Of a stretch of 32,646 bases of DNA, positions 16,707-27,032 are shown one piece after another. Source of the stretch: a virus. Lineage: Duplodnaviria > Caudoviricetes. The stretch's first letter is position 1, and each line of letters opens with the position of its first letter. The notes beneath the pieces were generated by a model, which saw only the letters and a list, made by a program, of their open reading frames with translations, did not search any database and was not told the DNA's origin. A program made the position numbers and the translations under genes. The stretch lies in IMG/VR virus record IMGVR_UViG_3300016471_000260, positions 1 to 32,646 of that record. The stretch is one strand, 5' to 3'.

Positions 16707-19706
16707 TTATACCGATAATGCTAAGGCTCTTATATCTGCAACCTTAGGAACGAGATTGCTATTTTGAGCCGTAAATACAATCTTGATTGCAAACTTCCTG
16801 AAGGAATCATATGCTGATCCATTTGTATTATAGTATCTTACAATATTTCCATTATTTGAATTTTTAAAGGCACTATATGGGAATGGCATTGCAGCAACAA
16901 TTCCAGATGATGAATTAGGAAGACCAACCGGATTAGCAAGAGTAATGCTTGTATTACTATTAACAGTCACAATCTTATTCACTTCAAAATTAGAACCATA
17001 TATATCAGAATATAAAGCGATCAACTGACCATTTGTAAATACCGATAGCCAAGCAGTATCTGCATTCGTTGCAGTTATTGTTGTTGTTCCATTTGTTGTA
17101 ATTAAATTTTCAAAAGGAATAGCGGTAGGATTTGTAGGCAAAGTATACTGATATTCTTTATAATCATTTTGATTAATCGAATCTGAATATAAAGTTTCAT
17201 CTGTAATTTGTCTTAGTAACGACCAGTCTTTATCCTCAAACAATTCATTATCTGATGCATTCAGTAGTTTTGCAAATACAACAATATTTGTTCCTAGAGG
17301 CTTGTATGCAGTAAGATAAACATTTAAATCTTCTGCATCATTTTCTTCACTGAGAGTTACAATATTAGATACATATTTTGATTTGGCATTTCCATTATTT
17401 TTATGTTCGCCTACAACGGATGAACCAATAATATTTGTTTTAGCAAGAAGAGAAGCTCCTCCGATCAAATCGATTGTAGGAGATAATACAGTTGAATTTG
17501 AAGATAATGTTGCATTGATAATGAATGATTTTCTTCCACTCATTTTCAATACTTCATTTGATCTAGATGCTACAATAATCTGATTATTTGTAAAATAATT
17601 TGTGATTCCTGGTGAATAACTTGGATAATTAATTGTATTATAATCAGATGCAGTTACATTTGCAGTGTAGCTAATTGATGTTCCCTGAGGTATTGAAGTC
17701 TGAATAACAGGTTGAACAGAATTTACTACGATATTATGAATAGAAGAAATAATTGCAGTTGCTCCTGACTTGGTTCCAACCAAAGTTCTTCCGGGAGCAA
17801 AGAAAGTTGGAGTAGCATATACATTAGCTGCAGCCGCTGCACCTGATGATGCATTAGCTGTTGACTTATCAAGAATAATAAGATTTCTTGTATAATCAAT
17901 ATCAACAACTCTACCAACAGGTGCAGTAACAGGAATAGCTTGTCTTCCTGCAGGAATTGCTTTTAATGGTGAATTCTTAGATATGATTGATGTAGAATTT
18001 ACAACAGCAGAAGGCCAAAGAACTTCATAAGTTGCAATTGTAGTATTGCCTGTGTGTATAACAAGAGGTCTTTTATCTGATTGATCGGCTTCATTTGTAT
18101 TTTGATTGATATCAAATTTAGTTCCAATTCCGACTATTGTTTTTGAAGATGGATCATATGAAACGTGACCAGGTTGTGTCTTATAGATATGACATGCACC
18201 ATTAGACCAAGGGGTTCCAGTGATCGAAGCTCCATTTGAATAGCCAAATTCTAAATTCAATCCACTTGGATGTACTGAAAGAACTTTTAATGATACAGCA
18301 TTACCAAATAGATTATAATTAAATCTACCATAGCCATTTTGATCTACTTCAGGAAAACTTCCGCAGACTACAACTTGATCTCCAACTGCAAAATCATTTA
18401 ATGGAGCTGCATTAATAGTAGTCAAGCTACCATATGCTGTTGAATTAATTGCAAGTGTATTTGATGTTGTAGATACAGAACAAATTGAGATATGAGCCGT
18501 TGGTTGTTGATAAACATACTCACCCACAATAAATCCAATATTGGCTGGATTAATGAAACTTAAAAATTCATAGTCGCCATTTACAATCTTTACTTGACCA
18601 TTTGATAGAAATTCACTATTGTACTGGACTCTATTGACATTAAATTTTAAAAACTGATTTGGAACAGCAGACCAAGTAGATCCATTAGTTGTTGACTTAT
18701 AAAGTTTTCCTTGTCCCCAACTATTAGTCACTGTTCCTGCTGTTGTTGTTTTTCCTGTAGTTGCTGTCCAAACATTATAATCAGGAGTTTGTCCGCCGGG
18801 ATTTACAGCAATAGCATAATAATAACCAGCTTTTAAGAAAACTGGTCTCTCAAAATTAAATTTTGTAGCAAATGAACTAGACGATTCGGCATATGGAGCT
18901 ACAATTACTGAAGCTGCATTTCTTGTTACAGTAGAATATGGTAGTATTGTTTGGGTGGGCATATCATTACTCATTGTCCGAATTTCAATTGAAACTGGTT
19001 GAGTATTTGATTTCTTTGAAAAATATAAATCTACTGAATTGATAAAGATTCCATCTTGTCCATCTGCCATATCTGATCCGACATAGAAAGATTGACATAA
19101 TGGTTGAGTGCTATAATCAACTGCACCACCTGTTCTTCCGGAAGTAGTATTAGCAGAACAGCCATATGAAGGAGGAGCAGTAGAGAATACAACAGGATCA
19201 GTAAGATCATTTTGATCTGTATCAGCTACAGAGAAAGTAGAGAATGCATGACAACTATTATTTGAATACTTTGTTTGATACCCATCAGTATCAGAAGTAT
19301 AATTAAAGATTGAAATATTCTTTGTACCAATTTGAAAAATATTTTCAGGAATATGAAATACAGCAAATGCAGAACCATTTGCATTTGTAACAATTGCATC
19401 TCCGATATTACCCGAATCTTGGAACTCAGTATCGATTGTAATTGAATTTACATTTGTGATTGGAGTTGCTGGAGCACAAAGTTTTGTGATATTAATTGAA
19501 TCGCAGAATAACGATAATCTGGTATTTGGAATCATACCATTTATCTGAAGACCGATTTTCTGAGAGCGGATATATGCTAATGGATTAGAAGAAGGAATAG
19601 TATATCCTCCGGCTGATCCTGGATTTGCATTTATTGGTGGTTGAATTGGTCCAAGTAATCCACTTAGATCGATTCCGCTAATATCACCAAATAGTGAAGT
19701 AGCCAT
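16707..19706 (-). CDS. Virion structural protein corresponding to the C-terminal part of VrlC/DUF4815-type proteins
   Basis: AYIRSQKI..NGMIPNTR, PLCQSFYV..GIFINSVDLYFSKK, TKFNFERPVFL, SKYVSNIVTL, YKEYQY and terminal PKVADIRALALSV. Confidence 0.8.
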   Translation of the reverse strand: MATSLFGDISGIDLSGLLGPIQPPINANPGSAGGYTIPSSNPLAYIRSQKIGLQINGMIPNTRLSLFCDSINITKLCAPATPITNVNSITIDTEFQDSGNIGDAIVTNANGSAFAVFHIPENIFQIGTKNISIFNYTSDTDGYQTKYSNNSCHAFSTFSVADTDQNDLTDPVVFSTAPPSYGCSANTTSGRTGGAVDYSTQPLCQSFYVGSDMADGQDGIFINSVDLYFSKKSNTQPVSIEIRTMSNDMPTQTILPYSTVTRNAASVIVAPYAESSSSFATKFNFERPVFLKAGYYYAIAVNPGGQTPDYNVWTATTGKTTTAGTVTNSWGQGKLYKSTTNGSTWSAVPNQFLKFNVNRVQYNSEFLSNGQVKIVNGDYEFLSFINPANIGFIVGEYVYQQPTAHISICSVSTTSNTLAINSTAYGSLTTINAAPLNDFAVGDQVVVCGSFPEVDQNGYGRFNYNLFGNAVSLKVLSVHPSGLNLEFGYSNGASITGTPWSNGACHIYKTQPGHVSYDPSSKTIVGIGTKFDINQNTNEADQSDKRPLVIHTGNTTIATYEVLWPSAVVNSTSIISKNSPLKAIPAGRQAIPVTAPVGRVVDIDYTRNLIILDKSTANASSGAAAAANVYATPTFFAPGRTLVGTKSGATAIISSIHNIVVNSVQPVIQTSIPQGTSISYTANVTASDYNTINYPSYSPGITNYFTNNQIIVASRSNEVLKMSGRKSFIINATLSSNSTVLSPTIDLIGGASLLAKTNIIGSSVVGEHKNNGNAKSKYVSNIVTLSEENDAEDLNVYLTAYKPLGTNIVVFAKLLNASDNELFEDKDWSLLRQITDETLYSDSINQNDYKEYQYTLPTNPTAIPFENLITTNGTTTITATNADTAWLSVFTNGQLIALYSDIYGSNFEVNKIVTVNSNTSITLANPVGLPNSSSGIVAAMPFPYSAFKNSNNGNIVRYYNTNGSAYDSFRKFAIKIVFTAQNSNLVPKVADIRALALSV

Positions 19707-19739
19707 TTTTTGTTTTCCTTTTAAACTTAATTAATTCAA

Positions 19740-19747
19740 TATTTAGT
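19740..19747 (-). promoter_or_regulatory. Candidate late promoter (ACTAAATA)
   Basis: TAAATA core in the 41-nt spacer, upstream of SD AAGGA and the ATG at 19706. Confidence 0.4.
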
Positions 19748-20533
19748 TTAGAAAATTACATTTCTACCTCTAAGTTGAGGACGATACCGATTGATAGCAT
19801 TTCCTGCACCGGAACTTCCAGGAGTTGTATTATTAATAACAGGTACTGGAGGAGGCGGATCGACAATTGGAGGAGTTACTATAATATCTCTATAGCAAGT
19901 GACAGGCGTTTGAACTGGACATGGAAAATGAAAGTTATTTTCCATACTCTGTCTAACACCTGTTGATGTGGATGGAATAACTGCTGGACATGGAACAGTT
20001 GCAATTCTATTATTTGCTGTTATATTTGTAGGCATAATATTTGCAACTGGAAGCAAATAAGCAGGAGTTCCACTTGAGATTAATGACTGAAGAATTGCAT
20101 TTGAATTATGTATTGGATTTGAATTAATATCTGTTGCTGAATAAATCTGATTATTCTGGATAGCTTGATCTGCTCCGCCTGCAAATGAATATACTATAGA
20201 AGTAATTCCTCTTTGTGCTCCAATTGGCACACTTAATACAAATGAGTATGATTGGCCAGCAATTAAACTTATATTGGCTGAATTTGCCCATCCACTAAAA
20301 TTATTCAAATTCAATAAAGTTGTTCCATTAACGGCAAGAAAACATCCATTACCAGTGTTGATTTTAAATGCATGATTTCCTGTTTGTGCAGGTACAAAAT
20401 ATCCAGATTGAACAGCAGAAACTTTTCCATAAGTTTGAAGAAGTGCCGAAATCTCTTGAGAGACTGCGGATCTTGCTACTGTAGTATTGCTTACTAAGGT
20501 GGTAGAACCTATCCAAAGAGTGCTTAATGTCAT
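19748..20533 (-). CDS. PA14/GLEYA-like domain protein with Pro/Cys-rich tail
   Basis: SGYFVPAQTGNHAFKINTGNGCFLAVNG...ISLIAGQSYSFVL follows the PA14 pattern GYF.P..TG.Y.F...SDDG..L.I.G...L.AG..Y. Confidence 0.65.
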   Translation of the reverse strand: MTLSTLWIGSTTLVSNTTVARSAVSQEISALLQTYGKVSAVQSGYFVPAQTGNHAFKINTGNGCFLAVNGTTLLNLNNFSGWANSANISLIAGQSYSFVLSVPIGAQRGITSIVYSFAGGADQAIQNNQIYSATDINSNPIHNSNAILQSLISSGTPAYLLPVANIMPTNITANNRIATVPCPAVIPSTSTGVRQSMENNFHFPCPVQTPVTCYRDIIVTPPIVDPPPPVPVINNTTPGSSGAGNAINRYRPQLRGRNVIF

Positions 20534-20547
20534 TTAAAAACTGCCTT

Positions 20548-23500
20548 TTAAAATAAATTTAGAGAGAAAGCGCCAAAAGGAACTGTAGCGGCTAACGAAA
20601 TATTATTTGAGATACCAGGAATTGTAATACTGGTATTTAAGTCTGCTGGTACTTGAACTTTGTATGTACTCGTTGTAGATGTTACTGAATTAGCAGTAAA
20701 TAAATTTCTCAACATTCTTAAATTAAATGGATCTCCCGCAATTCCTCTATTTAATAGAGAAGGATTATTAATGACAACACCGCCTTGAGTTACATTATTT
20801 CCTACTTGAGTTACTTGAGTATTTGAAACAGAAGGAACAACTACAGTAGATGTATCGGCAACTATGATTGTCGATAGAACACCGACTGCTCTTCCGGCTC
20901 CTCTACCCACATCTGGAGTTGTAAATGGAACAACAGGAGTTACAATACAACTTGAAGGATGAGCATTAGAAATTGTTTCTGATGTAAATCCAGACTGAAG
21001 AACTCTTGAATAAGAGATTGAATATGTTCCTGGATAAGTATAAGGAATCCATACTCCACCTTCAAAGAAGTTTACTCCGAGAGAATAGGGAAGAATTTGT
21101 GATTTTAGTGCTTCGGTATAAATGTAGCCATTTGGTCCAGTTACAGTAACTGAGAATGAAGAAAATCCTATGGCTCCTACTGCCCAATAAAGAGGCTGAC
21201 CTGCTCTCAATGTGCTGATATCAAATCCACCACTTATTTGAGCAACCGATGATCCAGATAGATGTTGTATGAAAGGAATATGGACTTTTCTTGTTGGTTG
21301 AGATTGATTAGTATCCCACTTTTTATTGCAAACTTTAGGAAGATTATCAAATCTTGGAGTAATAACAACTGATCCACAATATGTAAATGGAGAAGAAGCG
21401 CATTCAGTCGTTTCTGTTCCTAATCCTTGCTTTACGATTGCAATTTCAGATGTACTTGTATTTGATCCTAGTCTGATAATACTACCATTAGATGCAATTC
21501 CAGTTCCATTTGCAAAATTTAATCCAATTCTATCTACTGTATACAATGGAACCAGTGCTGTTTCACTTGTGCTTATACTTGCTTTAAATTCTGGATTGTC
21601 AAGATCACAAAGAGCAGTTGTTGAAAAATTATCTACAAAAATACCATTTTTAAATCTATTTGCACCTGTTACATCAGATACAATCTTAAGCGAACTTGTC
21701 TCTTGCTCTAATAGATTGAGTGATGTATAATATTCAAGATTCTGTACTCTATTATCCAATTTAGCAATATCTTTCATCGTATAAACTCTATTCTGATTAA
21801 TTACAGAAGTAGAGACATAGCTAGATGAAAGATTGGTTGTGAATAGAGTGGCAGTATAAGATGGGAAAGGAGGAACATCAATAAGAGCAAGAGTCATACT
21901 GCCCTTTGTATCTGCAGGAGGTACAGGATTATCTGATGGTTTACCCTCAAGTATCTGATATTTGCCGAATGAATTGATTGTTAGCTTATCAACTCTTCCT
22001 TGATAATGATTTACATTATATTGGAAATTTTGATCTGGAGCAACAATATACAACTCAGTATTTGGAGTTGGAGGAGTTGTAACGATATTTGCAGGAATTG
22101 TTGTATAAACAGGATTTACCGTAGATGATGAAATTGCATTAGTATACACTGCACTATTAGAAACAAATTGTCTGCAATCAATTGCATCTCTTAGAACTAT
22201 TTCTCTGTTTGTTTTATCCATATAAGTTGGAATAGTCTCATATGACAAATCATCATTTCCAATAACTGATGCATATGAATCTACAGAAATATAACCTCTA
22301 TTGTCATTTTGAGGTCTAAATGCATCAAATATAACAGTAAGTAGATCACCATTAGCTATTTTTGTATTCATGCTTGATGGATTAAATGCAACGAATGAAT
22401 GTTCAAATAAAGCATCTGTCTGCCCATTCTGCAAATAGAATGAACTAGTCACATCATCTACAGAATTATTTGAATAATATCCCCATTTAATAGTAGAGAA
22501 ATTTACTGTTGATGTTGCTGCTGTTGATAAGATAAATGTAGTTGGAGATCCAACATTAGCTGTTGTTCCATTGACTAGACCTGGTCCAAAAAGAATAACT
22601 CCATTTGAAAAACCAGAAGTATCTGCAACAGTTAAAGTAGTACTTGTACTGACTGTATTACCTACTAAAGTTCCTGTATTTGATGACTTATAAACTTTCT
22701 TTAGTCTAAATGCATATGGAATACCTAAACACCAAGGACCAGTTATTCCTGCAGCATTGTTTGAAGTATTAATTCTTACAGTAATATCATCAATCGATTG
22801 GAGATTTCTATCAGTTGTATTTGCTGATGCATTATGATGAACTGAAACAGTCATATCAGCACTTAATGTTTCATTTGTGCCATTTGCTGCAATTAATTGC
22901 AGAGACATTTGCTGAGATGCAGTGTCTAGAACTGTTATTTTTGAATTTCTCTGCTGAAAATTAATAGGAACATTGAGTGGATAACATTTAGTGTGTTCCA
23001 AACTAGTACAGCTAAAGCTATAGGATCTATCTACAGTTAAGAAAGAACTATTAGTAATATTAGTAATTCTTCGAATAGTATTATTCGAAACAATATAATC
23101 GCCTACTTGATAATCAACAGTGAAGTTGGATGAAGTACCTGTTGCATTAACAACATTAGAACTACCTGATGTAATAACAACATTACCAGATTTGGCTAAT
23201 GTAACATTTGCATATGTTGCACCGCCAGCTATAAATGTTGGAATAACAACAATTGATGTAAGTTCATTGGTTGTCAATTCACCTCTTCCGTATGGAAAAT
23301 TAGAAGTTGTCAGGGTAATAGTTGAAGAATTGCCTGTAGATGCAATGATAGTTGTATTAGAAATTGTTCTATAAACAAATCTAGGAAGAGTTCCTGTTCC
23401 AGCTAGACTAAGAAGACCACTCTTGTTTGTTGGGAATACAAGAGCGGACATAGATGAATTTTCTAACGATGAAATATAAGTATTAGAAACTTTATCTAAT

Positions 23501-24951
23501 TGTCTAAAAATATCAGCATAACCAAATACTCCAGTTACTGCTGAATTTGAAAATATAGATTTTGCATCTCGAAAATTTTTTCCAAGATTCATATCAATAT
23601 CTGTTAGATATAATTTCCAAATACAATCGGGTGCGCCAACGGTACCTGAACTATATTGAACAGCGAGGGCTCTTGCGGTACCGATTTCTGTTCCAGCAGG
23701 TGTTGTATTTGTATACTGACCATTTGAAACTTTATTTCCTGCTGCATCTCTGAGAGATACTACAGGCATTAAATTAGTAGGAAATGATCCTACATATTCT
23801 CCGATAAGAACTGAATTATCATAATTAGTTTGAACTTGCTGAACTGTCGATGATTTAATATCTGTTCCTTTTCTGACAGGAACATATACATTATTAAGTT
23901 GTTCGACTCTATGACCATCAATGTATGCTAGACCGGCTGAGACAACAGCATAGTTATGAGTTGAATTGGCATCTTGCATAGAAACTTTAAATGGTTTGAT
24001 TACAAAATTACCTGAAGTTTCATATGTTCTCTTTGCCATTTCATCGCCAATGATACTATATTGAGTATCTTGAAATGAACGAACGATATTACCATTCTGC
24101 CACTCTACAAGAGAAAAGAAATTATTTGATGGGGCACTGTCAGTAGCAAATGTAACCAACTCAGGAATTAACTGAAGTCTATCAGCACCAGGAGCACTAT
24201 AATTTAAGTATCCTGTTGCATTATCAAGTAAACTTGTATCTTGATTGTAATTGATAATATTCTCATCAATTAAAAATCCTGCTACAGCATTATTAGGATA
24301 TTGAGAGTACTTTGAGACGATAACAGTTTGATTTTCAGGTACTTGGATAAAATGTCCCTTCTGGAAAATAACTCCAGAAGAAACAGTCATTGCATATCCT
24401 CTACCGACTGAAGTTGATCCAGATGCAATTTTTACATCTGCATTTGAAAATCCATTTGTTGAATTTGCACCTGCAATTTCTGATGTATTATAGAAAGTAA
24501 TCTGGCTACCTGGAGAGAATGAAGATTGTCCTGCAGTACCTGTATTCAGATATTTGAAGTATAATGTCTTGAGATCAGGTGCTTGCGATTCAAATCCATC
24601 TTGATAATTGAAACATAAAGCATATACATTTGATGTAGCTTCATAAGCAAGTTTACCGACATAGCTAGATGATTGAACCGGCTGATTATCAATTGGCCTG
24701 AGATCCAAAACTTTGGCATAATGATAATTTGTATCGAAACTAAAGTTGCAGCCCTTGATAATTGATCCAGTGACAAAGATATTTTCGCCAAATCTTTCAA
24801 TTTGATTCTGAAGAATATCTTGAATTTGTGTTAATTCACGAGCCTGAACAGGAACAGCAGGACGAAATAAAATTCTATGGTAGTTATTATTAAGAGCATT
24901 TTCAACATCATCAAAATATGGGCTAACATTCAAATTTGTTTCTATGGCCAT
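20548..24951 (-). CDS. Large virion structural protein, VrlC/DUF4815-type (N-terminal part)
   Basis: TNLNVSPYFDD, ILFRPAVPVQARELTQIQDILQNQIERFG, NYSAPGADRL, YTMKDIAKLDNRVQNLEYYTSLNLLE, NRFKNGIFVDNF; directly after gp8, as in T4-like cyanophages and alphaproteobacterial phages. Confidence 0.88.
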   Translation of the reverse strand: MAIETNLNVSPYFDDVENALNNNYHRILFRPAVPVQARELTQIQDILQNQIERFGENIFVTGSIIKGCNFSFDTNYHYAKVLDLRPIDNQPVQSSSYVGKLAYEATSNVYALCFNYQDGFESQAPDLKTLYFKYLNTGTAGQSSFSPGSQITFYNTSEIAGANSTNGFSNADVKIASGSTSVGRGYAMTVSSGVIFQKGHFIQVPENQTVIVSKYSQYPNNAVAGFLIDENIINYNQDTSLLDNATGYLNYSAPGADRLQLIPELVTFATDSAPSNNFFSLVEWQNGNIVRSFQDTQYSIIGDEMAKRTYETSGNFVIKPFKVSMQDANSTHNYAVVSAGLAYIDGHRVEQLNNVYVPVRKGTDIKSSTVQQVQTNYDNSVLIGEYVGSFPTNLMPVVSLRDAAGNKVSNGQYTNTTPAGTEIGTARALAVQYSSGTVGAPDCIWKLYLTDIDMNLGKNFRDAKSIFSNSAVTGVFGYADIFRQLDKVSNTYISSLENSSMSALVFPTNKSGLLSLAGTGTLPRFVYRTISNTTIIASTGNSSTITLTTSNFPYGRGELTTNELTSIVVIPTFIAGGATYANVTLAKSGNVVITSGSSNVVNATGTSSNFTVDYQVGDYIVSNNTIRRITNITNSSFLTVDRSYSFSCTSLEHTKCYPLNVPINFQQRNSKITVLDTASQQMSLQLIAANGTNETLSADMTVSVHHNASANTTDRNLQSIDDITVRINTSNNAAGITGPWCLGIPYAFRLKKVYKSSNTGTLVGNTVSTSTTLTVADTSGFSNGVILFGPGLVNGTTANVGSPTTFILSTAATSTVNFSTIKWGYYSNNSVDDVTSSFYLQNGQTDALFEHSFVAFNPSSMNTKIANGDLLTVIFDAFRPQNDNRGYISVDSYASVIGNDDLSYETIPTYMDKTNREIVLRDAIDCRQFVSNSAVYTNAISSSTVNPVYTTIPANIVTTPPTPNTELYIVAPDQNFQYNVNHYQGRVDKLTINSFGKYQILEGKPSDNPVPPADTKGSMTLALIDVPPFPSYTATLFTTNLSSSYVSTSVINQNRVYTMKDIAKLDNRVQNLEYYTSLNLLEQETSSLKIVSDVTGANRFKNGIFVDNFSTTALCDLDNPEFKASISTSETALVPLYTVDRIGLNFANGTGIASNGSIIRLGSNTSTSEIAIVKQGLGTETTECASSPFTYCGSVVITPRFDNLPKVCNKKWDTNQSQPTRKVHIPFIQHLSGSSVAQISGGFDISTLRAGQPLYWAVGAIGFSSFSVTVTGPNGYIYTEALKSQILPYSLGVNFFEGGVWIPYTYPGTYSISYSRVLQSGFTSETISNAHPSSCIVTPVVPFTTPDVGRGAGRAVGVLSTIIVADTSTVVVPSVSNTQVTQVGNNVTQGGVVINNPSLLNRGIAGDPFNLRMLRNLFTANSVTSTTSTYKVQVPADLNTSITIPGISNNISLAATVPFGAFSLNLF

Positions 24952-24960
24952 TTTTGTCCT

Positions 24961-27027
24961 CTAACTGAATCCATATAGTAGTTTTACTGTTTCTGACTGT
25001 GAACTATCTCTTATAACCGGTTCAATATTCTTTACATATAGGATATCGCCAGTATACGGAACAATATCAGGATCTACTATATCATCTACCTGTATTCTTA
25101 CCTGTCTACTTACATTATCATAAATGTATTTATATGAATTTGTAGGAATATCTGATGATTGGAAATATCCTTGAACTTCAGTCAAGTAAATATTTGTATT
25201 TGCTCCGACTATTTCGATATAATGAATCATTGCATATCCAACATCTAATGTCCCATCAATTTGAACAATCTTATCTCCAACAGAGAAAGTTCCACCTGTT
25301 AGAGTTGATGTTGGACACACTAAAAGTTTTCTTGAATCAAATACGGTTGGAGTTCCGGTAGATGCAATAGTAATTGAATTGCTTGATGGTCCTACGGCTA
25401 CAACTCCATTTGCATATTCTGAAGTTATTAATTCTCCTAATGTAAATATTCCCGTGACATTTACCATCTTAATTGTAGAATTACCAGAATAGTAGTTATC
25501 GACTTTTCCAAAAGCACCGCTTGTTTGTCCTGTTACAAAAGTACCAACTCCAAATGATGCCTGAGTTGTACCGGTATTTGAAAATGTTACTAGGACATTT
25601 GCATATTCAGGACTTACAATAAGACCTACTCTTCTATATTCTGCTCCTGTACCTGATAATTTACCGCCTTCTGTTCCATTAAAAGTAGCACTAAAGCAAA
25701 CTTGTTGAGCATTCAGTTCTGATGGAGGATCATATCCATGTCCACCGCGAGGAGATAATACAGCACGAACAATTGCATTATCAGATGTAGAGAACGTTGT
25801 TCCTGTGTTACCAAAGATACTTACATTAGCATAAGTGTATCCTTGTCCTCTATTAATAACTTCAATATTACTAATTTGTTTTGTATTTGGATTAACAGAA
25901 GACAATGCTTTGGCTCCTGTTCCATCTCCAGTAATTTGAACTCGAGGAGATATGATATACTTTGATGAAAGATCAGGAGTAATGGCAAATGGATTAGAGA
26001 TTAAGATTCTTCTTGCATTACCAATTACAAAATATTGAGAAATCTTTTCAATCTGTCCTGCACCTGTTCCTGATACAATATAAACTGAACAGTCATTATA
26101 AAAATTATTATTGGATGATACATCAGGAGATGTTGTATCAAAGATAGTTGATATACTCGAACTTGTTTGTCCAGTCAGTAGATTGGCACCTGGATTAAAA
26201 ATATTATTTACATTTCTGAGAGTCAAAAGAGAAGCGGATGAATTGGCTACTGCTTGAGATACTACAACTCCATTTGCTGTTATACCACCATAAACTTGAC
26301 TAACTGTTTCGCCGATAATATATGTATTTGCAGAGATTGTTAATGTAGTTGATTCTGATCCTTGAATACCAAAATATCGATCATTGCCTCCTACTGCAAT
26401 CTCAGTAAAATATCCATTCGTATATGAATTATAATTTGAACCACCAGAATCGATTACATATGTTTCAATTGCACCATTAATTGCATTTCCTGATACAGCC
26501 GAATCAACTAAAACTGGAATATAATCCGCTGTAGCAAATCTATTAAATAACGTTGCATTGATTGTGTACATATACTTCCATTGATATCCATCGGCTGTAC
26601 TGTAAAAAATATCATCTGGAGCAGTTTCAGCGAGCAATGGTTGTTGAGTACTTAATGCACCTTGATTATTATTCAGACATTTAAAAACATTATATACTCC
26701 AGCTTCAAATGTCATGACATAGAATCTTTTATTGAATAATCCAGGATCTTTGTCATCATATCGATCATATACTTCTGCATATGTCCAGTCGTATCTGGGA
26801 ATCATCAATGAACTAAAGCCATTAGAAATATACTTTCCAAATAGCATTTCATTATTCACTTGATACTCAAACTCATGCGGAGAGTTATTTACCATTGGAG
26901 GATCATTATCATTTGGCCAAGGAGTAGACTTGGCACCAAAGACATAAAATGGCTTATCAAGATATCTATCAGATAATACCCATAGATTTCTTCTTAGAGT
27001 AAATACCGAAGTATTTGAAGTAGCCAT
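24961..27027 (-). CDS. gp8: Baseplate wedge subunit, T4 gp8-like (extended)
   Basis: MIPRYDWT...YDRYDD, VFKCLNNN, DGYQWKYMYTI, SPRGGHG.DP..EL, YRRVGLI and terminal GDILYVKNIEPVIRDSSQSETVKL. Confidence 0.9.
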   Translation of the reverse strand: MATSNTSVFTLRRNLWVLSDRYLDKPFYVFGAKSTPWPNDNDPPMVNNSPHEFEYQVNNEMLFGKYISNGFSSLMIPRYDWTYAEVYDRYDDKDPGLFNKRFYVMTFEAGVYNVFKCLNNNQGALSTQQPLLAETAPDDIFYSTADGYQWKYMYTINATLFNRFATADYIPVLVDSAVSGNAINGAIETYVIDSGGSNYNSYTNGYFTEIAVGGNDRYFGIQGSESTTLTISANTYIIGETVSQVYGGITANGVVVSQAVANSSASLLTLRNVNNIFNPGANLLTGQTSSSISTIFDTTSPDVSSNNNFYNDCSVYIVSGTGAGQIEKISQYFVIGNARRILISNPFAITPDLSSKYIISPRVQITGDGTGAKALSSVNPNTKQISNIEVINRGQGYTYANVSIFGNTGTTFSTSDNAIVRAVLSPRGGHGYDPPSELNAQQVCFSATFNGTEGGKLSGTGAEYRRVGLIVSPEYANVLVTFSNTGTTQASFGVGTFVTGQTSGAFGKVDNYYSGNSTIKMVNVTGIFTLGELITSEYANGVVAVGPSSNSITIASTGTPTVFDSRKLLVCPTSTLTGGTFSVGDKIVQIDGTLDVGYAMIHYIEIVGANTNIYLTEVQGYFQSSDIPTNSYKYIYDNVSRQVRIQVDDIVDPDIVPYTGDILYVKNIEPVIRDSSQSETVKLLYGFS

Positions 27028-27032
27028 TTAAC

